Of a stretch of 64,000 nt of DNA, positions 1 to 8,583 are shown one piece after another. The translations under genes were made by a program, and so were the position numbers. The stretch lies in the IMG/VR virus record IMGVR_UViG_3300002144_000477, positions 1 to 64,000 of that record; one strand, given 5' to 3'. Each line of letters opens with the position of its first letter. Within the stretch, counting starts at the first letter, position 1. The notes below the pieces were generated by a model. That model made no database searches. It had not been told where the DNA came from and saw only the letters and a program-made list of their open reading frames with translations. Source of the stretch: a virus.

Positions 1-1272
1 AAAGACGTATTCGGATTTTATTCAGTCGGCGACTACGAAACATACAGTAAGCTCGAAGCTATCGAAAAATCAAAAGAGGTTAACAAGCCATTTTTTTGGA
101 ATTTTAATGAGTACGAAACAAATCATTTCGATTGGACCGTAGAGCCTACAGAATCACTCGACGAATTATATCGACAACGAGCCCAGGAAATCAGAGACAA
201 ATACGATTATGTTGTGTTAATGTTTAGCGGCGGTCGAGATTCGAGTAACATATTCCATGCATTTACTAGCAACAATATTAAACTAGACGAAATCGTAAGC
301 TACAAATACGATGGTGGCATCGAGGACAGCCTTACTGATTTCGGCGATACAAAATATGTGCATCCAAAATTAAAAGCCGCATATGCTGCAGGTTATCCTT
401 ATAAAATTAAACAACGACAAGTTGACTTAAGCGAAATTGTTAAACAATACAATTTATTTTCCCACGAAGATATGATGAATCGTGCATACATGCATAATAG
501 CCATTATAGTGTTAGTCATTATGCTAAATCGTTTATGCGCGAATTTGTCCCAGAGTTTAGACAAATTATGAACAGTAGCAAACGTCTGTGCATAGTCTGG
601 GGATGCGATAAACCAGTGGTTGCACGGTGGAGAGATATGAAAGGTAAATGGCAGTGGGGAGTTTCGTATCGCGATAATCAAATTGATTCATGCATTCCTA
701 TTAATACCCAACATCGACGTATACCAGAAGAGTACGACGAGCTATTTTATTGGGGAAGCACCCCAACTTCTCTGAGAATTGTGTCAAAGCAAGCATACTC
801 TATTGCCAGGGTTGCTACTGCAATGGACTTAGCAGAGGTGCTAAATATTCCGCCTAAATCACTACTTACCAGGCTAGTTAGCGTATATCATTTCGGGCGG
901 GACGATCCTATTAAACCTGAACACTGGAATAAGATTAGTCATTTAGGGCTTCCTTTAAGCACCCTTAAAGATTTAAACGACTGGATCATCTATCCGACTA
1001 GTTATAATCCGCACACCGAGCCTGCGGTGGCTAAATCTGGGTGGACTAAAATGAAGGTAGACGGAACAGAGTTAGTTTATGCAAACAAATTTTTATCAAT
1101 GCGGGATGTCAGATGGCAGGCCGACGAAGAATATAAAAAGCATTTTAGTGTGTTAAACCACCAATTGAGTCAGCATCGAGAATACTGGAGGGACCCAGCG
1201 GTACATTTTGCAGCCGGTCAATGGCAATGGTGTATGAGCAAGATGTATACCTTAGGCTCGCTTAACCCTTGA
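1..1272 (+). CDS. PP-loop (adenine nucleotide alpha-hydrolase/asparagine-synthase-like) protein, 5' truncated by window edge
   Basis: Frame 1 is open from base 1 (KDVFGFYSVG...YRQRAQEIRDKYDYVVLMFSGGRDS); SGGxDS PP-loop motif; substrate unknown. Confidence 0.65.
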   Translation, partial: KDVFGFYSVGDYETYSKLEAIEKSKEVNKPFFWNFNEYETNHFDWTVEPTESLDELYRQRAQEIRDKYDYVVLMFSGGRDSSNIFHAFTSNNIKLDEIVSYKYDGGIEDSLTDFGDTKYVHPKLKAAYAAGYPYKIKQRQVDLSEIVKQYNLFSHEDMMNRAYMHNSHYSVSHYAKSFMREFVPEFRQIMNSSKRLCIVWGCDKPVVARWRDMKGKWQWGVSYRDNQIDSCIPINTQHRRIPEEYDELFYWGSTPTSLRIVSKQAYSIARVATAMDLAEVLNIPPKSLLTRLVSVYHFGRDDPIKPEHWNKISHLGLPLSTLKDLNDWIIYPTSYNPHTEPAVAKSGWTKMKVDGTELVYANKFLSMRDVRWQADEEYKKHFSVLNHQLSQHREYWRDPAVHFAAGQWQWCMSKMYTLGSLNP

Positions 1273-2617
1273 CTTTAGCTAGGTTACTTAGTAGCGATTC
1301 TTTTTCGATGATATTACGAAAGTACTGATACGGCTTACCTGCTTTATCAACCTTGTTTTCAATTTTTGCTCGGAAAGTTAGGAACCGCTCACCTGAGTTT
1401 GCATCAACTACATGTATTTGCGGCTTGCCTGTTGAATCAGTCTTTACTGTTGCTACTAAATTAATTTTTTCAACTATACTATGTAAGCGATTAAAATCTA
1501 CCACACTGTACGTACCCTTATCGAATTGCACTAATCTAACATTAGGGTTGTTAAGTGTTCCGAAGTAGTTAATGCCTTTAAACACTTCTCGAATAAATTG
1601 TTCTTCACGCTTGTCGCCGGCCATGTGCTGAGTCATTAGTTCAGCGGCTCCGGCGTACACCATAGATAATGCCTCTGTTTTGTCAGTAGCATTAGTGTAC
1701 TCGTCCTCGTACTCACTTATATCAATACCAAATGGAGTGAACAACTCAACTAGTTTGTTAAATCCAGTCCCGCCAACTTGTCCAAACTGTTTAACCGGAC
1801 CGGCCTTAAGACTAATATCAAGTTTAGTTGTCCGCGGAGTGCTACCAATTGGGCTCTCTACCTCAACGTACACATCAGTCTTACGTGATGCTTCGCCAGT
1901 GACTCCATCGCTAATAACTTTAATCATATCGTCTTGGTGATTTTGATAAAAGTATTCTGCGTAACGAGTTGTCATGGACCCATTTGCATACTGTACTGCA
2001 CTACTAAACAAATCAGCTAGTAGATCTCGCTTGGCTGGATCCATTAAATCTTTATACGGAACTGTTTTTAATTTTAGTACAAATATTAGTATGTCTTTAT
2101 TAGCACCGTCGCGACCAGCAATGCTGGTAGTATATTCATCTTTACCACTTTTGCCTAATGCACCCAGCACCTTTGTTACATCGCCGACTGCAATTTCGCC
2201 AATACCAGTTGTTGTGCGTTTAGCAAACTTTGCAACCATTGCTGCGCCTAAGATGCCCTCAGCGATCTCACCACGGTTTGCTACTCCTGCTGCCGTAGTG
2301 CCATTACTGGTTGCACTTTTATAGTGGTTAAACCCGTCACCTAGTGACGCTGGACCAACTAGCTGAATTTGTTTGTTATTTGCGTCTTTTAACTTTACAG
2401 TAATTGCATTGCCGGTGCCGATTTGAATCTTAGGTCCAGCCCCTGCTAGCGTTTTTGTAATTGGCTGGTCAACTGCAAATCCTGGAACTATTTTAAGTAT
2501 TGCAGCCGCTACTTGTTTGCCAATTTTACTACTACTTAAAATTAGCTGGTGGCCTTCGCCGTACTTGGCGTCTTGAATACTTGCTTCTGGTAAGAGTTTA
2601 AAATCTGTAAATCGCAT
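1262..2617 (-). CDS. Hypothetical protein, possible PD-(D/E)xK-like nuclease with capsid-targeting-like N-terminus
   Basis: 451 aa; GEIAEG...KTDV...ISLK pattern; starts MRFTDFKLLPE; TAAATA boxes upstream (2643-2658). Confidence 0.4.
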   Translation of the reverse strand: MRFTDFKLLPEASIQDAKYGEGHQLILSSSKIGKQVAAAILKIVPGFAVDQPITKTLAGAGPKIQIGTGNAITVKLKDANNKQIQLVGPASLGDGFNHYKSATSNGTTAAGVANRGEIAEGILGAAMVAKFAKRTTTGIGEIAVGDVTKVLGALGKSGKDEYTTSIAGRDGANKDILIFVLKLKTVPYKDLMDPAKRDLLADLFSSAVQYANGSMTTRYAEYFYQNHQDDMIKVISDGVTGEASRKTDVYVEVESPIGSTPRTTKLDISLKAGPVKQFGQVGGTGFNKLVELFTPFGIDISEYEDEYTNATDKTEALSMVYAGAAELMTQHMAGDKREEQFIREVFKGINYFGTLNNPNVRLVQFDKGTYSVVDFNRLHSIVEKINLVATVKTDSTGKPQIHVVDANSGERFLTFRAKIENKVDKAGKPYQYFRNIIEKESLLSNLAKVKG

Positions 2618-2688
2618 GGTAACTTAGCATCCTGTAAAGATATATTTAACTATATTTATGATAGTTTTATAGTTACAGCACTGAAGAG

Positions 2689-2958
2689 CTAGCGATACAA
2701 ATTGCTATAAATTTTAAGTTTAGATTTTTTAGCTTGTTTAGCTTGTTCAATGGTGTCTGCTGTTACATGCCCTTGGTCAATAAGAATATCAATCATTGCG
2801 GCTACGTCACCTAGCTCTTGGGCAAGCCATTCTCGTTTGTTTTTAACTGAAGTATCATTGATACCAAATCGACGAATTTTGCTAATAACCTGTACTAGTT
2901 CACCACATTCCTCTTGAAGGATTGTTAGTGCTTCGTCAAACTTATCTGTTATAAGCAT
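2689..2958 (-). CDS. MazG-like nucleotide pyrophosphohydrolase
   Basis: EECGEL...QELGDV all-alpha NTP-PPase motif, 89 aa. Confidence 0.8.
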   Translation of the reverse strand: MLITDKFDEALTILQEECGELVQVISKIRRFGINDTSVKNKREWLAQELGDVAAMIDILIDQGHVTADTIEQAKQAKKSKLKIYSNLYR

Positions 2959-2980
2959 TATTGCAGTCTCTATTTAAAAT

Positions 2981-3065
2981 TGGTGCGAGTACCCGGAGTC
3001 GAACCGGGACACCTTACGGCGAGAGATTTTAAGTCTCTTGTGTCTACCTATTTCACCATACTCGC
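2981..3065 (-). tRNA. tRNA-Leu(TAA)
   Basis: GCGAGTA acceptor, AGAGA-CT TAA AA-TCTCT anticodon arm, long variable arm, GGTTCGACTCC T-arm, encoded CCA. Confidence 0.95.
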
Positions 3066-3073
3066 AATTTAGT

Positions 3074-3150
<77 letters not shown>

Positions 3151-3174
3151 ATACATTTCTTAACGTATGCATCT

Positions 3175-3203
3175 ATTATAGCACTAACTGTAGAGTTGAG
3201 CAA
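3175..3203 (-). promoter_or_regulatory. sigma70-type promoter for tRNA-Arg/Leu
   Basis: TTGCTC-N17-TATAAT just upstream of tRNA-Arg. Confidence 0.6.
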
Positions 3204-3231
3204 GCATTTTTTACACCTTTTGGTAAAAACC

Positions 3232-3426
3232 TTATTTTGTTTCTTTCGAAGTGTCCGCAGTATCATCCGCTACGTCTGGTGGGAATACCAACTTAGCCGA
3301 CCCAATTGTTCCGGGCATGGGAATCGATTCTTTTTTCTTTCCGAAAGTTGCTTCCCAATTGTCGTTAAATTGCGATTGACTTACACTATAAGGTCGTGGA
3401 CTTGATCCTTTACCACCGGCTGACAT
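3232..3426 (-). CDS. Small hypothetical phage protein
   Basis: 64 aa, GKGSxPRP...NW..TFGK; packed in operon. Confidence 0.65.
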   Translation of the reverse strand: MSAGGKGSSPRPYSVSQSQFNDNWEATFGKKKESIPMPGTIGSAKLVFPPDVADDTADTSKETK

Positions 3427-3429
3427 AAT

Positions 3430-3597
3430 TTAATTCCGTTCTTTTTCACGTCTAGCTGGCATTTCGCCAGCTAATTGAGCTTGAATCATTGCTCGTTTAA
3501 AACTATTTCGTTGCTCCGCACTAGCACCTTTCATTAAGGCTATAATACGTTTTGTTGTTTTACTCAACTTAAATGTTTTAGTTGGTTTGATATCCAT
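3430..3597 (-). CDS. Small basic hypothetical protein
   Basis: MDIKPTKTFKLSKTTKR...; between tRNA-Ser and the next ORF; start approximate. Confidence 0.6.
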   Translation of the reverse strand: MDIKPTKTFKLSKTTKRIIALMKGASAEQRNSFKRAMIQAQLAGEMPARREKERN

Positions 3598-3618
3598 TAT
3601 ATAATCTTTCAATAAATT

Positions 3619-3710
3619 TGGCGGAACGGGTGAGATTCGAACTCACGGGGCGCTTTAACACACCCGACTCCTTAGCAAGGAGCTGCCTTCGGCCACTCAG
3701 CCACCGTTCC
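3619..3710 (-). tRNA. tRNA-Ser(GCT)
   Basis: GGAACGG acceptor, GCTCC-TT GCT AA-GGAGT anticodon arm, long variable arm, G73 discriminator, encoded CCA. Confidence 0.93.
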
Positions 3711-3717
3711 AGTATTA

Positions 3718-4002
3718 TTATTTAGTTTTCGTATTTGCAGTCCCACTAGATTTTATTGTGGCTTCGGGATCAGTAGTACGATTAATTAGCTGTTGCATTT
3801 GAGACATTAAATCCACCATTAATGCAGTTGCTTCGCGACTACTAAGTGCTGGACTTCCTGCAATACAGGCCATATCGATAGTGTATGTGTCTTGTGCAAG
3901 TAATTGTATTTTTGTCGTTGCACACTCGTCGTATGTATCAAAATTAACATGACTAACTAAATTGCCTGCTACTAGAGTTATTAATGCATAAGTTGATGCC
4001 AT
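3718..4002 (-). CDS. Hypothetical early protein
   Basis: Start moved to MASTY (4002) because a consensus promoter lies at 4031-4059 inside the longer ORF; AAAGG SD. Confidence 0.55.
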   Translation of the reverse strand: MASTYALITLVAGNLVSHVNFDTYDECATTKIQLLAQDTYTIDMACIAGSPALSSREATALMVDLMSQMQQLINRTTDPEATIKSSGTANTKTK

Positions 4003-4030
4003 GCTACACACCTTTTCTAAATTATGCTGT

Positions 4031-4059
4031 ATTATAACATACTCTGTCAACGATGTCAA
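4031..4059 (-). promoter_or_regulatory. sigma70 early promoter
   Basis: Perfect TTGACA-N17-TATAAT. Confidence 0.85.
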
Positions 4060-4093
4060 ACAGTTTTATCTCATGGTTTCTACTGAGATAAGC

Positions 4094-4119
4094 TAAATAA
4101 TCTGTGTTGCAATGCAACA
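4094..4119 (+). promoter_or_regulatory. Late-type promoter (TAAATA) followed by palindromic operator TGTTGC-AAT-GCAACA
   Basis: TAAATA 4094-4099; perfect 6-bp inverted repeat 4105-4119 at the expected +1; AAGGA SD downstream. Confidence 0.55.
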
Positions 4120-4153
4120 TGTAATATATCACACACATTAAGGAAAACACAAA

Positions 4154-4318
4154 ATGTTTAAAAAACTAAAAGAACTCTTACAAGGAGTTATCACCAAGAC
4201 AAATCGTCAAAGCGCTCTAGAGAGTTTTATCTCTAGCAAAAACCCAACTAGCCCTGCAGAAATCGAGCACTGGGTACGCACATTTGATCGCCAATCAGGA
4301 GGTCGTTATGGCTACTAA
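4154..4318 (+). CDS. Small protein, 54 aa (possibly DUF3563-like)
   Basis: MFKKLKELL...LESFISSKNPTSPAEIEHWVRTFDRQ; AAGGA SD; missing from ORF track. Confidence 0.65.
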   Translation: MFKKLKELLQGVITKTNRQSALESFISSKNPTSPAEIEHWVRTFDRQSGGRYGY

Positions 4319-4430
4319 AATTAAAAACTCATTCAAAGCGTTTGGTCGTGCATTTTTTGATGCAATGATTGCTAGTGGCGAAAGACGTGCAGAACAGATA
4401 TTGCGTAATCGTTCGAGTTGGTATGCATAA
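4308..4430 (+). CDS. Small protein, 40 aa
   Basis: MATKIKNSFKAFGRAFFDAMIASGERRAEQILRNRSSWYA; strong AGGAGG SD; overlaps upstream stop. Confidence 0.65.
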   Translation: MATKIKNSFKAFGRAFFDAMIASGERRAEQILRNRSSWYA

Positions 4431-4575
4431 TTTACTAAAACAGATAGTTGTAGTATTCCGTAAAAAGGATTACGATAAGGAAATTATGCGTTTTGCCAAG
4501 TCCGAGTATTCAAAAGACTGGGAACACGCATATCATATGTTAATGCAGGGTAAAAAACCCTACACAGGAGTTTAA
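4423..4575 (+). CDS. Small protein, 50 aa
   Basis: MHNLLKQ...FAKSEYSKDWEHAYHML; overlaps upstream stop (translational coupling). Confidence 0.6.
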   Translation: MHNLLKQIVVVFRKKDYDKEIMRFAKSEYSKDWEHAYHMLMQGKKPYTGV

Positions 4576-4576
4576 A

Positions 4577-4741
4577 ATGTTTAACGCAATTATAGAGTTT
4601 TTTGAAGCTATTGGTAAAGCACGTGCCGCTAGTCATCTAGCAAATCATGGATACTACGATTTAGCCAAAGGAATAATGCTCGACGTAGCTGAACCTCAGT
4701 ATTATGTTAAAAATACAGATGCACAAGAAGTGCATCCGTAA
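4577..4741 (+). CDS. Small protein, 54 aa
   Basis: MFNAIIEFFEAIGKARAASHLANHGYYDLAKGIML...; AGGAG SD. Confidence 0.65.
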   Translation: MFNAIIEFFEAIGKARAASHLANHGYYDLAKGIMLDVAEPQYYVKNTDAQEVHP

Positions 4742-5506
4742 TTAACTTTTCCAGCGTTCTATATCTTCTTCATCTGTTTCGGAACCATACTGTATTTCAA
4801 CAATACTACAAGGTTCCGGAAACGGATTTACAATCTGATGCCACATAGTTACCGGAATAAAAGTACTTTGGTGCTTTGTAATAAGTTGCGGTTCTCTGTC
4901 TTTGTCGGCTGTGTTAATTACGCACATGCCCGAAGTAATTAACCAAAATTCGCTACGTTTACTATGCTGTTGCATACTTAAACTTGCGCCTGGATTTACT
5001 GTTAACTCTTTTACTTTTACACCTGGTGCTTCGTATATCACACGGTAATATCCCCATGTGCGCTCAGTCTTAGGTGCTTTAAAGTTTTCAGTTATGCTAC
5101 TGCTTGAATTTTTCTTAGTGTTGCCGCCTACTCCAAATTCGAATGTAACCTTATCGTGCTTTGACCAGAACACTTCTGGTAGCGGCAGCCTGTTGATACT
5201 ACTACGATCGCCGCCGTTGCAAAACACTACATGATCGGCTCCGTTACGTATGCACTCTAATATAGCGCCACTAGCAGAATTGTCGCTATCGTCCCACTCA
5301 ATGACTTTAGCTACGCCACGTAACGATTCTACTACCGCACGGCGCTCGTCGGCGGGCATGAATGCAAATCCTTTTTTTCGGATAAGCCACGCATCGCTAT
5401 TAATTCCTACCCATACTTCGTCGGCATATTGCCTTGCATCATTGATTAATGCGATATGCCCTGAATGTATCGGGTCAAATCCGCCTGTTACTAACGCTAT
5501 TTTCAT
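4742..5506 (-). CDS. Cytidylyltransferase-like domain fused to mannose-6-phosphate isomerase type II-like cupin
   Basis: TGGFDPIHSGH (HxGH) N-domain; RTWGYY...LSMQQHSKRSEFW...WHQ...EIQYG..EEDIER C-domain. Confidence 0.85.
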   Translation of the reverse strand: MKIALVTGGFDPIHSGHIALINDARQYADEVWVGINSDAWLIRKKGFAFMPADERRAVVESLRGVAKVIEWDDSDNSASGAILECIRNGADHVVFCNGGDRSSINRLPLPEVFWSKHDKVTFEFGVGGNTKKNSSSSITENFKAPKTERTWGYYRVIYEAPGVKVKELTVNPGASLSMQQHSKRSEFWLITSGMCVINTADKDREPQLITKHQSTFIPVTMWHQIVNPFPEPCSIVEIQYGSETDEEDIERWKS

Positions 5507-6255
5507 ACTACTCTATAGAAATCTTTATCAAACCACGTTGTAAGAATCTCTTCCTGTCTGAGGTGCCCATGTCTTTCTAAACAGGCAACAGCACTAGGAT
5601 TTAATAGATTTTTATCTGCTAAATCCCACAATGTAGTAGTTGCTGGATCCAATGGGCCAGACGCTTTATACACTGCCGCATGAATCCATGGGTTCTTATC
5701 CGACGGATCACGATAAAAATATGCATCGTTGCAGTCGAATCCGCACACACCTAGCATATACATCAAGCTAACAATGTTATGATTATAATATGTATTAGAG
5801 TATACTCGGTTACTATACTGTCGATTTACGTAACTAGACAATTGCGGGAAACTAAGAATCATCATACCGTCTTGAACTAACAAGCTGTTCCAATTCCTTA
5901 ATGTTTTAATTGGATCAAGTACAAACTGAAAGCTGTCGTGACACCAAATTAGATCCACTGGAGTCGGTAGCTTAACTGTTTCAAAGTCGCTAACGATTTG
6001 TTTTACCCGATCACCTTTAACATTGTCCGGTTCAAATTTTTTGTAACGGTCAACTGCATACACCCAGTAGTTCCTGGGCTCCTGCGGATTATCTCTGGTT
6101 TGCAGTTCACTCCACCATTTAGTGTCGTAGCCTGCTCCCGCACCCATATCTGCAATTACTTTAATACTATCAAGGAAACTGTCATACTCGTACAACAAGT
6201 TTAATGTTTTTAAACTATGTAGATGACTTTGGTACTGACTTGAGAATTGGTCCAT
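5503..6255 (-). CDS. Class I SAM-dependent methyltransferase
   Basis: IADMGAGAG motif I, YAVD motif II, DLIWCHD, LVQDGMMIL. Confidence 0.8.
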   Translation of the reverse strand: MDQFSSQYQSHLHSLKTLNLLYEYDSFLDSIKVIADMGAGAGYDTKWWSELQTRDNPQEPRNYWVYAVDRYKKFEPDNVKGDRVKQIVSDFETVKLPTPVDLIWCHDSFQFVLDPIKTLRNWNSLLVQDGMMILSFPQLSSYVNRQYSNRVYSNTYYNHNIVSLMYMLGVCGFDCNDAYFYRDPSDKNPWIHAAVYKASGPLDPATTTLWDLADKNLLNPSAVACLERHGHLRQEEILTTWFDKDFYRVV

Positions 6256-6487
6256 TTTTTAAAATCTCGAATGTTATTCTCTTACTATATTCAGCAAGAT
6301 TGTTTGCAAACTGGTTGCATGCAACAGAAAGTTCTGCGTTGCTTGCACCGTCAAATCGTAATGCTACTAATGCTGTTGCTTCTTTACTTAACTGATCTAT
6401 TGTACGCTGGCATTGGAATACTGATTTAAACGTACTAACATGACATTGCTTTAATTGATGCCATTCATCAATTAATAAGTCAACCAT
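6215..6487 (-). CDS. Hypothetical protein
   Basis: ORF filling the gap between uvsY and the methyltransferase; start MVDLL inferred. Confidence 0.5.
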   Translation of the reverse strand: MVDLLIDEWHQLKQCHVSTFKSVFQCQRTIDQLSKEATALVALRFDGASNAELSVACNQFANNLAEYSKRITFEILKNGPILKSVPKSST

Positions 6488-6494
6488 GTCGTCG

Positions 6495-6947
6495 TTATAC
6501 GGTAACATCTTCCATACCAGCTGTTCGCAACTTAACAATGTGTCCTATCATCCATTGTTTATTGTCCAGCCCTTTGTGAATACCTAGCCATCTATTACGC
6601 AGTAGGCTTACTTCGTTAATAAGCGTTTCCATATCAATTACTTCATCTTCGCCGTCTACATACTTTTCAGCATCGCGACTTGACAATGCACGATTATATT
6701 TTTCTAAGTATTTCTGAAAATGTCCGCGCCTAATTTTACGCAATTGTATATTTAAAAACTCGAGTACAGCTTCAATTTCCTGTAACTGATTAAATCGATG
6801 CTCAGTGATACCCGGCATTTCTTTAAGATTGCGCTCAACATTCCCAGATATGCGGATGTCTGCTCGTGCAGACACCGCTTCATGTTCATAATATGAAATA
6901 AAGTCTGGCAGATTACTCAGATCTTGTACGACTTTATTATACCACAT
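6495..6947 (-). CDS. uvsY: Recombination mediator UvsY-like protein
   Basis: 150-aa helical protein, KYVDGEDEV...KGLDNKQW.I..IVKLR; downstream of uvsX. Confidence 0.75.
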   Translation of the reverse strand: MWYNKVVQDLSNLPDFISYYEHEAVSARADIRISGNVERNLKEMPGITEHRFNQLQEIEAVLEFLNIQLRKIRRGHFQKYLEKYNRALSSRDAEKYVDGEDEVIDMETLINEVSLLRNRWLGIHKGLDNKQWMIGHIVKLRTAGMEDVTV

Positions 6948-7159
6948 TAAGATTCCTTGCTATTAAAAAAAGATTCAACAATAGTGGTTGCTTCTTCGAG
7001 GTTTAGTGCTAGCACCGAACATACCGCAACGTTATCATTGATTACAACATCAAATGGTACCGGACCTTTAAAATTAAACGGGGTAGGCACTGTTGTTGTT
7101 ACTTCAAATGCTTGCAGGTTCTTAACTCGCACTAGCACATCATTGCTATTACTCGTCAT
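6947..7159 (-). CDS. Hypothetical protein
   Basis: Abuts uvsY start; start uncertain (ATG 7159 or GTG 7138). Confidence 0.5.
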   Translation of the reverse strand: MTSNSNDVLVRVKNLQAFEVTTTVPTPFNFKGPVPFDVVINDNVAVCSVLALNLEEATTIVESFFNSKES

Positions 7160-7379
7160 AGTAGCCTTCGTCATCGTCGGTGTCTTCTTCAACATCGTAC
7201 TCTTTAAAAGAGCGTTTCAGATAGCTGTCTGAGTTTCCTACTAGTTCGTCCATTGCCTCTTCATCAAGTGACTCAATTAGCACACTCATTAAATGGTCAG
7301 CGGCACCTTGTGCGTCTTTACTAGGAATATATTCCATCAGAATCTTATACGTAGAGATCAAATTTTCAACTTGTTCCAT
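7149..7379 (-). CDS. Small acidic hypothetical protein
   Basis: 76 aa, D/E-rich tail, directly after uvsX. Confidence 0.65.
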   Translation of the reverse strand: MEQVENLISTYKILMEYIPSKDAQGAADHLMSVLIESLDEEAMDELVGNSDSYLKRSFKEYDVEEDTDDDEGYYDE

Positions 7380-7395
7380 GCTATATGCCTTTCTA

Positions 7396-8484
7396 TTATT
7401 CAGCTACTAATGATGTTTCGTCAACTTGCTCTTCTTCAAGCGACATTTTTTTGTCAAACATGTGTGGGTTGTCAGTAATATTTGCCATTACTGTATCCAA
7501 GCACCCGTCATCATTGCGTTCCCAGCCCTTACGGAACTTCTTGATAATCTCGCCGTCGGCTGTGGTATAAACAAGACTGTTGCCTTCTTTCTTCAGCAAG
7601 CCCTTGGCTTCGATCAAGTCAGTTAATCCCGAGTAAGGATTCATACCTGTTTCGTACGGAATCTTAACTTGCACTGATTCAAACGGCTTAGCATAACGTG
7701 TCTTCATGATCTTACAACCTGCACGAATGCCTTTGACCTGTGTGATCTTGTTGCCGTCTTCGTCTTCCTTTAACTTCATTTTCTTCATTGCAACTACGAT
7801 ACTACTTGCATAGATGAAGCCTTGACCGCCGGAGATCTTGTCGTCTGGGTCAAACATATCTTGCGAGGCGTATGTATGATTTGTTGCAACTAGTCCTAAG
7901 TTCAAGCTGCCAAACATGTTTACACAGTTACGAACAAGTGCTGTTAATGCCTTGGGCTTACGACCCATATCACCTTTCATGTCACCTGCGTTAAACTGGT
8001 TAACGTCTGTTGGTGTCAGCAACATACCCAACGAGTCAAGAACAAACAGAACTTTAGGACGATCGTCTTCGGGCAATGTTTTGTACTGAGCAACAAACTC
8101 ACTAATCATCTTAGCAACGTCATCAATCATTGCCATGTTTAGTTTTAGCAATTTTCCTTCGCTAGTATCAACATCAAGTGCATGCAACCACTTTTCATCT
8201 AGTGCATTTTCGGTGTCGATTAGAATTGGAAAGATACCTTGTTTTTGTGCATTAGCAACTAGGTTGCCTGAGCAGATAAACGATTTACCAGCACCAGACT
8301 CGCCTGCAAATACAGTAACTTTACCTAGTGGAATGCCGCGATTAAAGTCTCCACTAATCAAATAGTTTAGTGCATAGTTATTTGTTGATACCCAATCAGT
8401 TGGGTCGTTAAAGCCCACTGATAGGCCTTCGATTGATTTCGTAATACTTTTACGAAACTTACTTACGTCAAATGGTTTAGCCAT
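7396..8484 (-). CDS. uvsX: RecA-like recombinase UvsX
   Basis: Walker A AGESGAGKS, IDTENA, Walker B VLDSLG, TNHTY, SGG motifs. Confidence 0.95.
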   Translation of the reverse strand: MAKPFDVSKFRKSITKSIEGLSVGFNDPTDWVSTNNYALNYLISGDFNRGIPLGKVTVFAGESGAGKSFICSGNLVANAQKQGIFPILIDTENALDEKWLHALDVDTSEGKLLKLNMAMIDDVAKMISEFVAQYKTLPEDDRPKVLFVLDSLGMLLTPTDVNQFNAGDMKGDMGRKPKALTALVRNCVNMFGSLNLGLVATNHTYASQDMFDPDDKISGGQGFIYASSIVVAMKKMKLKEDEDGNKITQVKGIRAGCKIMKTRYAKPFESVQVKIPYETGMNPYSGLTDLIEAKGLLKKEGNSLVYTTADGEIIKKFRKGWERNDDGCLDTVMANITDNPHMFDKKMSLEEEQVDETSLVAE

Positions 8485-8507
8485 TGTAACTCCTCATTAA
8501 TGTTCTT

Positions 8508-8536
8508 ATTTTACACTAGTTATTCGTATATGTCTA
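8508..8536 (-). promoter_or_regulatory. sigma70-type promoter for uvsX operon
   Basis: TAGACA-N17-TAAAAT between the gp32 terminator and uvsX. Confidence 0.6.
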
Positions 8537-8543
8537 GAGTATT

Positions 8544-8576
8544 AAAAAAGGTATTAACCTGGTTAATACCTTTTTT
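8544..8576. terminator. Rho-independent terminator (bidirectional) after gp32
   Basis: A6-GGTATTAACC-T-GGTTAATACC-T6. Confidence 0.85.
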
Positions 8577-8583
8577 GTTGCGT

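Noticed and set aside
3619-3710. Amber suppressor tRNA (CTA in the loop) and stop-codon recoding
   Set aside because: The 7-nt loop TTGCTAA centres on GCT (Ser); core genes are intact in code 11 and TAG is used as a stop (e.g. 2689)
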